Of a stretch of DNA of 64,000 nt, positions 20,130 to 28,975 are shown piece by piece. The position numbers and the translations under genes were made by a program. Source of the DNA: a virus; the IMG/VR virus record IMGVR_UViG_3300028588_000020, positions 6,035 to 70,034 of that record; one strand, 5' to 3'. The number at the start of each line of letters is the position of its first letter. Position 1 is the stretch's first letter. The notes under the pieces are model-generated. The model did no database searches. It saw only the letters and a program-made list of their open reading frames with translations, and was not told the origin of the DNA.

Positions 20130-20591
20130 ATGAACCCGAACGCCAACAACGATATCAGCATCAAATTTGCCCACATGGAAGGCAAGGTGGAGCGCATCGA
20201 GGCGATCGTGGAGCGCATCGAAAAGGCGGTCAGCGGCGTCTTGAGCCTGGACCGCACGATCGCCGAGGTGGCACTGCAACAGAAGCACATGGCCGAGAAG
20301 CTGGCCGACGTGCGCCAGGACGTTGCCGAGTGCAACGCTACCCACAAGGCCGGCCTGGATCAGGTGGCCGTCAAGCTGGCGCTGGTGTCGGACAAGCACA
20401 ACGAGCTGGAGAACAAGAGCGCGGGCGCGCTGCGCGTCATGGGCTGGATCTCGGGCATCATCGTGACTGTGATGCTGTCCTGCGGCGCCTGGGTGTTCAA
20501 CCGGGCCACCGAGAATGCGCGCCTGCTGTCGGTGCAGCAGGTGCAGATCGAGCGCCTGCAAAAGGAAGTGGCCGAGCAGCGGCCGAAATGA
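20130..20591 (+). CDS. Coiled-coil membrane protein, holin-like/lysis-associated candidate
   Basis: N-terminal coiled coil plus one TM segment (VMGWISGIIVTVMLSCGAWVF); has its own late-promoter motif upstream. Confidence 0.45.
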   Translation: MNPNANNDISIKFAHMEGKVERIEAIVERIEKAVSGVLSLDRTIAEVALQQKHMAEKLADVRQDVAECNATHKAGLDQVAVKLALVSDKHNELENKSAGALRVMGWISGIIVTVMLSCGAWVFNRATENARLLSVQQVQIERLQKEVAEQRPK

Positions 20592-20620
20592 AGAAACCCG
20601 CCAGATGGCGGGTTTTTCTT
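20591..20620. terminator. Bidirectional intrinsic terminator between converging operons
   Basis: AAGAAACCCGCC-AGAT-GGCGGGTTTTTCTT. Confidence 0.85.
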
Positions 20621-21014
20621 AGAAACTCGGGTCGCGGTACTTGTCGCGCACTCCGATTTTCAAGCCCTGGCCGTTCGTCTTGACCCAGCGGCCGGTAGCA
20701 TCGTTCTTCCTCACCTGCGACCACATGCCGCCTTCCTCGCGGCGGAAGTGCCGTTTGCAGCCGTTCGGGTTCGGCGTGAACTCGTACTCGGCCGAGCCAT
20801 CCATGCCGCTGCCCTTGACCACCTTGCTGCTGTCGTCCTGCACCGTGACGAAGGTCAGCTTGCCCACCTGGAAGATCTCCACGATCGTGCCGGCGTCGCG
20901 GTCGGTCCACGAGAGCAGCGTGGCGCCCATGCCCAGCTCGGGCTCGGGCTGGCCAACCACGCCGCGCGCTTGCAGGTGGTTGATGACACTGGCAGTTTGG
21001 GTTCCGAGCTTCAT
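20619..21014 (-). CDS. Hypothetical phage protein
   Basis: AAGGA RBS; directly downstream of an operator-containing promoter. Confidence 0.7.
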   Translation of the reverse strand: MKLGTQTASVINHLQARGVVGQPEPELGMGATLLSWTDRDAGTIVEIFQVGKLTFVTVQDDSSKVVKGSGMDGSAEYEFTPNPNGCKRHFRREEGGMWSQVRKNDATGRWVKTNGQGLKIGVRDKYRDPSF

Positions 21015-21056
21015 GGCGTTTCCTTTGAATGAGTGGTTTGGATGGATTGGACTATA

Positions 21057-21071
21057 TAACGCAATGCGTTA
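21057..21071 (-). promoter_or_regulatory. Palindromic operator filling the spacer of a sigma70-like promoter
   Basis: Minus strand TTGCAG-N17-TATAGT with TAACGCATTGCGTTA as the spacer. Confidence 0.8.
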
Positions 21072-21320
21072 GCCTGCAAGCGGTATTTTGTCATCCAGAA
21101 AATCCTCGCCCATGACGACCCGCAGGATCTCATCGCCGTGCATTGGCCGATCGAACCCGGCGCGGCGCAGCAGCTCGCGGCCCAGCGCATCATGGGCCGC
21201 ATGGAACTTGGCCAGCTCCTCGGGCGTCATCCAGTCGGTAACCGTGTCGGACGTGGCGCCGAACAGGATGAAACTGCCCTCGACGGCGAGGGCGATGCGC
21301 TTGGCCTGGCGCTGGTTCAC
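21069..21320 (-). CDS. Hypothetical phage protein
   Basis: Coupled (ATGA overlap) to the upstream gene. Confidence 0.65.
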   Translation of the reverse strand: MNQRQAKRIALAVEGSFILFGATSDTVTDWMTPEELAKFHAAHDALGRELLRRAGFDRPMHGDEILRVVMGEDFLDDKIPLAG

Positions 21321-21661
21321 TGGTGGCCAAAACCGATGACGATGAAAGGGGATTCCTGGCGATTCTCGGGCAGGTTGCCGACGTCGCCGTTCGGGCGCAG
21401 CAGCTTGGGCACCGGGAACATGCCGAGATCGTTGAGTTTGTCAGCCATCTGCTCTTGCGTCATGCCGCCGCCGGTTTTCTCGGCGCCGTATGGCGCATAG
21501 CCGTCATCGAGCGCGACGAGCGTGTACAGGTCCGGCCCATCGTAGGCATGCGGCTGCGGCACGCGGATCAGCAGCAGCGGCACGTTGAAGTGGCTGGGAT
21601 TGTGCGGCTGCTGGTTTGTGACGGCGATGCCGGGGATGATGTTTTCAAAGTGCCATTTCAT
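21317..21661 (-). CDS. Hypothetical phage protein
   Basis: GGAG RBS; in an operon. Confidence 0.65.
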   Translation of the reverse strand: MKWHFENIIPGIAVTNQQPHNPSHFNVPLLLIRVPQPHAYDGPDLYTLVALDDGYAPYGAEKTGGGMTQEQMADKLNDLGMFPVPKLLRPNGDVGNLPENRQESPFIVIGFGHQ

Positions 21662-21675
21662 GGGTGGTGCTCCGG

Positions 21676-22203
21676 TTAGGTAGGATCGAACGGGCGCTGC
21701 ACGGCATTGCCGCCCGGTGTTTCAGTGACAAGGCGCTGGTCGAAGCCGAACGGCACGCGCGCGCCTTCGGGCAGCACCCACAAGTGATACTGGTTCGCCG
21801 AGTCGACCAGACGGCTTTCGGCGGGGAAGATCTCGACGGCCTCGCGCTCGGGGCCGCACAGCTCGTTCTTGATGCGCTGTAGGTCGCGCCAGTCGTGTAC
21901 GGCCGCTTTGTCGAGGCGCTTGATCGAGAGGTGGTGCATGACGCCGCCATCGGTGGGCAGCTCCCGAATGTTCACCTGATAGCGGGAATTGATGACGATC
22001 GTTTCCCGCTCGATGGCGCGGTAGACTTCCAGCACTTCCTCGATCGGCCGGCCGAGGCGCGCGGCCTGATCGGCCACGGCCTTACGGTCGATCGGCGGCA
22101 GGGCGCCGCGCTCGAATGGCGTCCACGGCGGCACGGCCACCGGGTTCAGGGCCGCCGCCCAACGAGCAGCGGTGCGGGCTTGGTTCTGTTTCTTGGTGCT
22201 CAT
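21676..22203 (-). CDS. Conserved phage protein (DUF7694-like)
   Basis: HDWRDLQRIKNELCGPEREAVEIFPAESRLVDSANQYHLW motif. Confidence 0.7.
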   Translation of the reverse strand: MSTKKQNQARTAARWAAALNPVAVPPWTPFERGALPPIDRKAVADQAARLGRPIEEVLEVYRAIERETIVINSRYQVNIRELPTDGGVMHHLSIKRLDKAAVHDWRDLQRIKNELCGPEREAVEIFPAESRLVDSANQYHLWVLPEGARVPFGFDQRLVTETPGGNAVQRPFDPT

Positions 22204-22205
22204 GG

Positions 22206-22541
22206 TTATCCGCAGGTTTGAAGGTCGAACGATGGAGCGAGGTTCGCCGGCTCGCAGTAGCTACGCTGGCGGGCATAGCGCAGGTCGACGCGGAACTGGT
22301 AAATCTGTCCGGCATGGTCAGTGAAGCTGGTATGCCACAGGAAGCGGTTTGTCTCGCCGCCGGTCACCACCATCCCACGGATCCAGCCGAAGGTGCTGCC
22401 GGCCTTCTCCATATGCCAGACCGTGTTCATCAGCACGTAATCGCCGTGGTTCGTTCGGACAAAGGCCTCGCCGATGTTCAGCTCAGGCGGCAGCTTGCCT
22501 GCGGCCACGAGAGCCGCGATCTGGACCGCGTTCGTGCTCAT
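22206..22541 (-). CDS. Hypothetical phage protein
   Basis: MSTNAVQ start within track ORF 22206..22982; ATGA-coupled. Confidence 0.6.
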   Translation of the reverse strand: MSTNAVQIAALVAAGKLPPELNIGEAFVRTNHGDYVLMNTVWHMEKAGSTFGWIRGMVVTGGETNRFLWHTSFTDHAGQIYQFRVDLRYARQRSYCEPANLAPSFDLQTCG

Positions 22542-22936
22542 GCGGCCACCGCCGCAGCAGCTTGGCCAGGGATCCACGCGGCGCGTTTCCAGCCGCCGCC
22601 ATACTGATCCGTCATCACGTGCCCGAGCTGGATCACCTGCAGGCGCTTGGCCGTCGCCTCGATCTCGGCGATCGTCATCTTGCGCAGGCCTTCGGCCGGC
22701 GCGTAGAACACGTGGGCGCCGCTGCCGGTGATGTTGGCCGTGCGGCGCTCGCGGTCGAGCGAGAGGCGGCAGTCGCGCAGCGGGTGGCCGCCGGCGGCAT
22801 TGGCCATGATGGCCAGGATGGTGCGGGCGCACTCCTCGGCGTTCTCGAAGTCGAACTCGGCCGGCAGCGGCAGCGATTCGGTGGGCCTCACGGCGGTCGG
22901 CTTGCGTCCATAGGACAGGGTGGCAAATTTCAGCAT
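22538..22936 (-). CDS. Hypothetical phage protein
   Basis: AAGGAG RBS; downstream of an operator-containing promoter. Confidence 0.65.
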   Translation of the reverse strand: MLKFATLSYGRKPTAVRPTESLPLPAEFDFENAEECARTILAIMANAAGGHPLRDCRLSLDRERRTANITGSGAHVFYAPAEGLRKMTIAEIEATAKRLQVIQLGHVMTDQYGGGWKRAAWIPGQAAAAVAA

Positions 22937-22974
22937 GGCGGCGCTCCTTGGGTGGTTGGTATGGCCAGACTATA

Positions 22975-22989
22975 TAACGCAATGCGTTA
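22975..22989 (-). promoter_or_regulatory. Palindromic operator in a sigma70-like promoter
   Basis: TAACGCAATGCGTTA; minus strand TTGCGT-N18-TATAGT. Confidence 0.8.
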
Positions 22990-23026
22990 GTGACGCAAGC
23001 CCTTTTTTATCTCCCCGGGGGTCGGA

Positions 23027-23230
23027 TTAGGCGTAGGCCGCGACCGTCGATCCCTTGTAGCGGATCATGCTGCCATCGGCATAGAGAAAATCGGCGTAGT
23101 AGCCCGAGTGGCTGATCTCGCCGTCGACCGCATTGCCCTCGGCCCAGCGGCGGATCTGCGATGCGGCGGCCACCTGCGCGAGGATCTCGTGGGCCTTGCT
23201 GCGCGTGTCGGTGACGTAGGTGTGTTGCAT
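23027..23230 (-). CDS. Hypothetical phage protein
   Basis: GGAG RBS. Confidence 0.6.
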   Translation of the reverse strand: MQHTYVTDTRSKAHEILAQVAAASQIRRWAEGNAVDGEISHSGYYADFLYADGSMIRYKGSTVAAYA

Positions 23231-23246
23231 GGTTTCTCCAGTAGGG

Positions 23247-24083
23247 TTACGGGCGCAGCATTTCGGCTTCGTCCTCGATCTCGGCCGCGTCGACGTGCAG
23301 CAGCTCCTCCCACGACCAGCTCCGGCCCAGCCCGGCCACGGTTTTCAGGCCGTGCTTGCCGAAGCGCGCATTGCGCTCCATGGCCAGGCCACGGTGGAAC
23401 AGGATCGGGTGCGTGTCGCGCAGCTCGATGACCTCGCTTTTCTTCATGGCCGGGCAGAACCAGCATGATGACTTGGGCGGTACCGGCAGGCCGGCGCCCA
23501 CGATCAGCGCGATGCAGCCGGCGCGGTCGATCTTCCACTCTTGCAGCGGGTACCAGTAGTCGTACTGGTCGGCATCGGGGTGGCCGGCCTCGGCTTTCTT
23601 GGCGACGGCCTTGTCGGCCTTGGCGCGGCGCCGGCAGTCCTGCGCGCCGTTGTCGTAGCCGATCGCCTTGACCACCTTGACGCCGGTGGCCCATGCGTCG
23701 ACGGCCGGTTGCCAGGACTTGAGGAACTTGTGCTGCGGCTCGACCTTGAACACGAGGCTGCACGAGTGCATGCCGAACGCGAGCGAGGGCAGGGTGTCGT
23801 TGGCCAAGCATTTGCCTTCGAGCGTGTCATACGGCGCTCGGGTGGGCACGTAGCGCACGATCGTGAGCTGCGGGAACCCGATCTTGGCCAGCCACGCATT
23901 GATGACGGCGATGTAGGCGTAAGTCGTGGGCTTCTCGCCGCCGGTGTCTGCGAACAGGATGGCGTCGGGGCGGATCCCGCGCCGCCACATGGCCACCAGC
24001 ATGGCCGTGGAATCCACGCCCACGCCGTAGGCCACCACCAGCGGGGCCTTGGCGACGAACAGCGGCAGCGTGGTGCCGATCAC
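23247..24083 (-). CDS. PP-loop / PAPS-reductase-like enzyme (possible DNA modification)
   Basis: VAYGVGVDSTAM PP-loop variant, ILFADTGGEKP and KSSCWFCP; GTG start coupled to the upstream stop. Confidence 0.7.
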   Translation of the reverse strand: MIGTTLPLFVAKAPLVVAYGVGVDSTAMLVAMWRRGIRPDAILFADTGGEKPTTYAYIAVINAWLAKIGFPQLTIVRYVPTRAPYDTLEGKCLANDTLPSLAFGMHSCSLVFKVEPQHKFLKSWQPAVDAWATGVKVVKAIGYDNGAQDCRRRAKADKAVAKKAEAGHPDADQYDYWYPLQEWKIDRAGCIALIVGAGLPVPPKSSCWFCPAMKKSEVIELRDTHPILFHRGLAMERNARFGKHGLKTVAGLGRSWSWEELLHVDAAEIEDEAEMLRP

Positions 24084-24307
24084 AGGAAACTTTGCAGGGT
24101 TTCGATGTGGGCCACGGCGCAGGCGGTATCCTGGGTTTCGCCGTGGGCAAAGTTCGTCATGTAGGTGGCCACCGGCTGGAGCAGGCGCGCATGGCGGAAC
24201 TTGGCGGCCAGGGCGATCATCGGCTTGCGGCTGCAAGTTTCGATCTCGCCACCGGCCACGGCTTTCAGCAGGGCGATCGCTTCGTGCAGGTCTTTTTCGG
24301 TGTGCAT
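24080..24307 (-). CDS. Hypothetical phage protein
   Basis: GAGGAG RBS; downstream of an operator-containing promoter. Confidence 0.65.
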   Translation of the reverse strand: MHTEKDLHEAIALLKAVAGGEIETCSRKPMIALAAKFRHARLLQPVATYMTNFAHGETQDTACAVAHIETLQSFL

Positions 24308-24340
24308 AGGGTGCTCCTCGTTGTTGATGAGCAGACTATA

Positions 24341-24355
24341 TAACGCATTGCGTTA
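24341..24355 (-). promoter_or_regulatory. Palindromic operator in a sigma70-like promoter
   Basis: TAACGCATTGCGTTA; minus strand TTGCAA-N17-TATAGT. Confidence 0.8.
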
Positions 24356-24391
24356 GTTTGCAAGAGCCGGTAGAATCTTTCTTGTGCCAGA

Positions 24392-25417
24392 TCAGCCCGC
24401 CGCCAGTTGCTCCGCGATCGCGTCGTTCATGCGCATGTTCTTGAGCATATCGGCCAGCTTCATGCGCGCGCCTGGTGGCGCCGGCGGCAGCGGAGCGGCC
24501 GGGATGGTAGCGCGCACGCCATCGGTCAGCGGCTTGACCTCGCCGGCCTCGATCTCGGCCAGCAGGGTGGTGATCTGGTCGACCTTGGCGTACCCGAGCA
24601 TGGTACCGCCGTCGAGCAGCTCGACGCGGCCGTCGCTCATGAAGCGGTAGACCACCCCGCCAGAGCCCACAAAGCGCTTGCCAGCGTGTTGCGCGGTGCG
24701 AGCCTTGGCCTGCACCTCATTTTCGATTTGCGCGGCGACACGGCCCGCCTGGTCAGCCCGAGAGGCATAGTCGTCCGGTTTGGCGATCAGGGATTCGAGG
24801 TAGCGGTAGGCGCGGTGGCCAGCGATGCCCAGCTTCTGGATCTGGACCTTGGCGCAGGTGGCGACGTGTTCGAGCTTGTGGCCAGCCTTGTAGGCCAGGC
24901 CGCGCAGCTTTGCAATGCCAGACGGTTTGATGCCGAGCTGCTCGGGCAGGGCTTCCAGCTCGGGTGGCAGCTCTACGGGTTTTTGCTGTTCGCTTTTTTC
25001 TTGGGAATCCTCAAGGTGATCCTTTAAGTTTAGGTCTATATATAGGCCGTCGGACATTGTTGTCTCATGGGCTTTTTTGAGGGGCAGGTTCAGCATCTTG
25101 GCCAAGGTCGGCATGAGCGCCAGGTGCAGGTAGGTGAACGAGCCCTTGTCGTCGCGGCCGTCGCCGACGCGCTCGATCAAGGCGAGCTTCTCCAGGGATT
25201 GCACAGCCCGCTGCACGCTCTTGGTGCTGAACCCTGACTCCTCGGCCAGACGCCGGCTTTGGGCGTACAGGGTCGCGCAGCCGTCGTTCTTGTCGACGCG
25301 GGTGACGATAGCCTTGAGGATGGCCCGGGTGGCGTCGGTCAGGACGTTCAGGCAGGGGTGGGATTCAACGAGCAGGATGGCCCGCTGGATGACTTTGGGG
25401 AAATGCTCGTATGGCAT
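24392..25417 (-). CDS. Plasmid-type replication initiator (winged-HTH Rep)
   Basis: RRLAEESGFSTKSVQRAVQSLEKLALIERV HTH; probable start MPYEHF; antisense promoter and terminator in its leader. Confidence 0.6.
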   Translation of the reverse strand: MPYEHFPKVIQRAILLVESHPCLNVLTDATRAILKAIVTRVDKNDGCATLYAQSRRLAEESGFSTKSVQRAVQSLEKLALIERVGDGRDDKGSFTYLHLALMPTLAKMLNLPLKKAHETTMSDGLYIDLNLKDHLEDSQEKSEQQKPVELPPELEALPEQLGIKPSGIAKLRGLAYKAGHKLEHVATCAKVQIQKLGIAGHRAYRYLESLIAKPDDYASRADQAGRVAAQIENEVQAKARTAQHAGKRFVGSGGVVYRFMSDGRVELLDGGTMLGYAKVDQITTLLAEIEAGEVKPLTDGVRATIPAAPLPPAPPGARMKLADMLKNMRMNDAIAEQLAAG

Positions 25418-25491
25418 CACCAAAGATTCTATGGTTGGAATGCAATGTTGCAAAATAATCACCTTAACCACAATAAAGTGGCTTGTATCGG

Positions 25492-25520
25492 TTGACACGG
25501 GTGCTATCTGCAAATACCAT
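25492..25520 (+). promoter_or_regulatory. Sigma70 promoter antisense to the rep leader
   Basis: TTGACA-N17-TACCAT. Confidence 0.75.
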
Positions 25521-25525
25521 CGGAC

Positions 25526-25599
25526 TTGTTATGAGGTCTTAGGTATTTGCAACAGCAGATTCATAGAAAAGCCAGCATTTTCCCGATGCTGGCTTTTTT
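25526..25599 (+). ncRNA. Putative ~75-nt counter-transcribed copy-control RNA
   Basis: Lies between the promoter above and the 12-bp hairpin AAAAGCCAGCAT/ATGCTGGCTTTT followed by a T-run. Confidence 0.55.
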
Positions 25600-25738
25600 A
25601 TTTCCTGAGCGTAATCTTTCTATTTCATAGCGGAATCACAATTTGTCGATTGGAACGCGACGGCCGATTCTGAACTGACTGTTGCGGAAAATCAAGGCCT
25701 TTTGTTGAGGTCGCTGTGACATTCATTCTACTCTGACA

Positions 25739-26368
25739 TCATTCCTTGGCATGTTTCGCCAGCGCGGCCCTGCGCTGGATCTCCTTCGTGTACTCGCTGA
25801 ACTCGGCCGGCGTGATCGGTTTCGACACCTCACGCATCCAGGCGATCGACGCGCGCGCCGCCTGTAAATCCCTCACGTGCATCGGCATATCGTACTTGAT
25901 CTTATTGGCCAGCTTGCGCAGGCCGTCGATCGGCGCCGGGTCGTGCTCGCGGTCCTCGGCGATCAGCATGTAGGTGGCGCAGACGGCATTGAACGATTCG
26001 ATGATCGGGTACTGCTCCTGCTCGCCATCTGGCTGGAAGACGGCCAGGTCGCGGTGCGGCGCGGCCGGGTCATCGATCACGTTGTATTCGCCGGTGGCCT
26101 CGAACTCGGCCAGCCACTTTTCGATCGGCTCGAACGTGTGGTCGAGGCGCTTCTGGTTCAGCGGGTCGCCCAGGGGCGTGCTGTTGATGCGGTCGATCTC
26201 CAGGTTGCGCGCCTCGTGCTGCAGGGCCAGGGCGATATCGGCTAGGGTGGGCACTTGCGGTTTGGCGAAGATCATCAGGTGCATGTGCGGATCCGCGTCG
26301 ACCGGGTGGGCTGGCGCCAGGGCGGCGGACAGGGCGTTCTTGCGTGACTTGTTGGTAGGGAGGTGCAT
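25739..26368 (-). CDS. Hypothetical phage protein
   Basis: Plausible composition; in an operon. Confidence 0.65.
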   Translation of the reverse strand: MHLPTNKSRKNALSAALAPAHPVDADPHMHLMIFAKPQVPTLADIALALQHEARNLEIDRINSTPLGDPLNQKRLDHTFEPIEKWLAEFEATGEYNVIDDPAAPHRDLAVFQPDGEQEQYPIIESFNAVCATYMLIAEDREHDPAPIDGLRKLANKIKYDMPMHVRDLQAARASIAWMREVSKPITPAEFSEYTKEIQRRAALAKHAKE

Positions 26369-26370
26369 GG

Positions 26371-26676
26371 TCAATCAATCTCGGAAACTGGTGGGTTGGT
26401 GTCAACGGCGGCCACGAGGTCGAGCTGGCGCACGTCGGTCTTGTCGATCTTGTAGATGAAGCCAGGGCGGCCCTTGTGCGGCTTGCTTTCGCAGTCCGGC
26501 AGGCCGGCGGCCAGGGCAACCCGGCCGACTTCCTTGCAGATCGTGTGGTGGCGCTTGCGGAACATGCAGCCCCGGCACTCGTCTGTTTCATCAACATCGG
26601 CGTCGCCGTAGTAGTCGATCAGGGAGAGAGCCGGGCGAGCGGTGAACCAGACGCCCTCGAATGTTGCTCGAAGCAT
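26371..26676 (-). CDS. Cys-containing hypothetical protein
   Basis: CRGC...C...C motif. Confidence 0.6.
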   Translation of the reverse strand: MLRATFEGVWFTARPALSLIDYYGDADVDETDECRGCMFRKRHHTICKEVGRVALAAGLPDCESKPHKGRPGFIYKIDKTDVRQLDLVAAVDTNPPVSEID

Positions 26677-26690
26677 CTTTTTGTTGCCTG

Positions 26691-27128
26691 TCAGAAAGGA
26701 ATGTCGTCCTCGTAGTGCGGTGCAGACTGCTGCGGCTGGCGCGGTGCAGGGCGTGCGGCTGGCTGGCGCTGTGGCGCGCTGTAGCCGCTGCTGGCGTCGT
26801 CCTTCTTGCCGAGCATCTGCATGTTCTCCAGCTTGACCTCGGTGGTGTAGCGCTTCTCGCCGTCCTTGTCGTAGCTGCGCGTGGTGAACGCGCCCTCGAC
26901 ATAGACCTGCTGGCCCTTCTTGAGGTACATGGCGCAGATCTCGCCGAGTTTGCCGAAGGCCACCAGCGGCACGAATTCGGCCCTCTCGACCTTCTGGCCG
27001 CCGGCGTTCGTATAGCTGTCGTTGACGGCAATGGTGAGCTTGGTGACGGCGGTGCCGTCGCCCATGGCGCGCGCTTCGGGGTCGCGCACGAGGTTGCCGA
27101 TAAAGGTGCAGCGGTTGAGACTTTTCAT
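26691..27128 (-). CDS. ssb: Single-stranded DNA-binding protein
   Basis: LNRCTFIGNLVRDPE, YLKKGQQVYVEG and acidic DDIPF C-terminus. Confidence 0.97.
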   Translation of the reverse strand: MKSLNRCTFIGNLVRDPEARAMGDGTAVTKLTIAVNDSYTNAGGQKVERAEFVPLVAFGKLGEICAMYLKKGQQVYVEGAFTTRSYDKDGEKRYTTEVKLENMQMLGKKDDASSGYSAPQRQPAARPAPRQPQQSAPHYEDDIPF

Positions 27129-27176
27129 TGATGATCCTTGGTGAAGTGGCCGGCGGTGCCGGCCAGGTGGTGATGG

Positions 27177-28943
27177 TTAGGCGGCTTCGAGTTCGGGTTC
27201 AGTGGTGGCCACTTCGCCACGCTGGATCCAGATTGGCTCGATGTTGTCGGGCAGGCCCTGCGGCACGGCTTTCAGGGTGCCGAACACCAGCGCGCACTCG
27301 ATCTGGCCAGCGTCGGCCATATCGGCCAGCCAGTACAGCAGGGCGGGGCGGTGGTTAATGTCGAGGACGTCGAAGCGGTCGAGGACGATCAGCTTGAGGC
27401 CGGCCAGTTGCGAGATCGCGCCGGCGATCATGGCGTCGGCCATCCACTTCTCGGACTCGGACAACAGCGAATACAGGCGCGAATTCGCGGTGATGGTCAT
27501 ATCGGGGCGGATCGCCATCTGGAACCATCCAGTGTTGATCGCGGCGTCGCGCAGCAGCTTGTTGATCGGTTCGAGCGCCTTGGCCAGGATCTGGCTCGGG
27601 ATGCCGTCCGGCGCGAATTGCTCGGCCACCTTGAGCCAGCCGACGACGTCGAGGTGGTGGGCCTTGGCGGCGGCGGTCTTTTCGTCACGCTTGAGCGCCG
27701 CTTCGCGCAAGTCGGTCAGGCCGGCCAGGTCGGTGCGCGCTTCCTTGAGCTCGGCATTCAGGGCCGTGACTTCGGCCTTGAGGGCGGTGATCGATTCCTC
27801 GTTCACCGGCTCGGCCGCGCCCAGCTCGGCCAGCTTGGCGGCGGCCGCTTCGGCGGCGGCGATATCGCGCTTGTCGTTGGCCACGCTGGTGAGCATCAGG
27901 TCGCGCGACTTGATCATGGTTGGCAGCTTGGCGGCCGCGTCCGGATCGTGCGCGCCGCGCACGGACCCGAACTCGCCCTCGTAGCGGTCGATCAGTACGT
28001 CGACTTCCTTGGCCAAATCTCCTTCCCACTCCAAGCCGTCGATGAAGCGCGCCAGCTCATGGACCAGCCCCTCTTTCGGCTTGGTGCCGGCTTTCGCCTG
28101 CAGCGTCTTGACTTCGGCCTCGTAGCTGTCGAGCGCTTCCTGATCGCGCACCAGCTTATCCTTGGCGCGCTGGAGCCCGGCCGCCTTGGCAGTGGCCGCG
28201 TCGATCTCGGCCTTGCGGTTCTTCGCATTGGCCAGCTTCTCGTTCAGGCCGCCGAGCTGCTGCTGCTTCTCGGACAGCGATTGTTCCAGGTTGACCACGC
28301 GGGTGGCCGCTTCATCGATCGCTTCATCCTCTGGCGCGGTCACGGCTGGCGCTTCCCACTCGGCCGACTTGAGCGAGCCCCAGGTGCTGCCGGCGATGGT
28401 TTTCCAGGCGCCTTTGGCTTCGGTGGCCTTTTGCTTGGCGATCTCGCACGCGGCCGGGAAACCCGAGCGCAGCATCGGGATGGTCAGTTCGATGCGCTTC
28501 TCGTCCACGCCTGCCTCGGTCAGCAGCTCGCGGATTTTCTTGGCGTCCGGCTTCGACTTGGTCAGCACGGTCAGGAAGGCGCGGCGATCGTCGGCCGACA
28601 TCGAGGCGAAGCGCTGGGCATCCAGCACGCTGGCCAACTGGTCGCCTTGAACCGCGCCATCGGGCAGGGTGTGCGTGCCGGCCGGGAGCTGGTATTCGTA
28701 CACGAGGCCATCGGCTTCGAGCTTGACGAACCCTTCCTTGGCGCCATCGGTCACCATCAGCGGATAGTCCTTCTTGAGGCCGACGCGCAGGGTCACGCCT
28801 TGAAACGCCAGGCGCAGGCTTTCCTGAATCGAGCTTTTGCCGGCGCCGTTGAAGCCGCAGAACAGGGTGATCGGCTGGTTCAGCACCACCGAGATATCCG
28901 AGGCGCCCAGGACGTTACGCACGCGCAGTTGATTGATTTTCAT
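27177..28943 (-). CDS. SbcC/Rad50-like coiled-coil ATPase
   Basis: Walker A GFNGAGKSS, long coiled coil, signature LSESE, Walker B IVLDRFD. Confidence 0.85.
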   Translation of the reverse strand: MKINQLRVRNVLGASDISVVLNQPITLFCGFNGAGKSSIQESLRLAFQGVTLRVGLKKDYPLMVTDGAKEGFVKLEADGLVYEYQLPAGTHTLPDGAVQGDQLASVLDAQRFASMSADDRRAFLTVLTKSKPDAKKIRELLTEAGVDEKRIELTIPMLRSGFPAACEIAKQKATEAKGAWKTIAGSTWGSLKSAEWEAPAVTAPEDEAIDEAATRVVNLEQSLSEKQQQLGGLNEKLANAKNRKAEIDAATAKAAGLQRAKDKLVRDQEALDSYEAEVKTLQAKAGTKPKEGLVHELARFIDGLEWEGDLAKEVDVLIDRYEGEFGSVRGAHDPDAAAKLPTMIKSRDLMLTSVANDKRDIAAAEAAAAKLAELGAAEPVNEESITALKAEVTALNAELKEARTDLAGLTDLREAALKRDEKTAAAKAHHLDVVGWLKVAEQFAPDGIPSQILAKALEPINKLLRDAAINTGWFQMAIRPDMTITANSRLYSLLSESEKWMADAMIAGAISQLAGLKLIVLDRFDVLDINHRPALLYWLADMADAGQIECALVFGTLKAVPQGLPDNIEPIWIQRGEVATTEPELEAA

Positions 28944-28975
28944 GTTGGTTCCTTGTTCGGTTACGGGTGGTTCGA

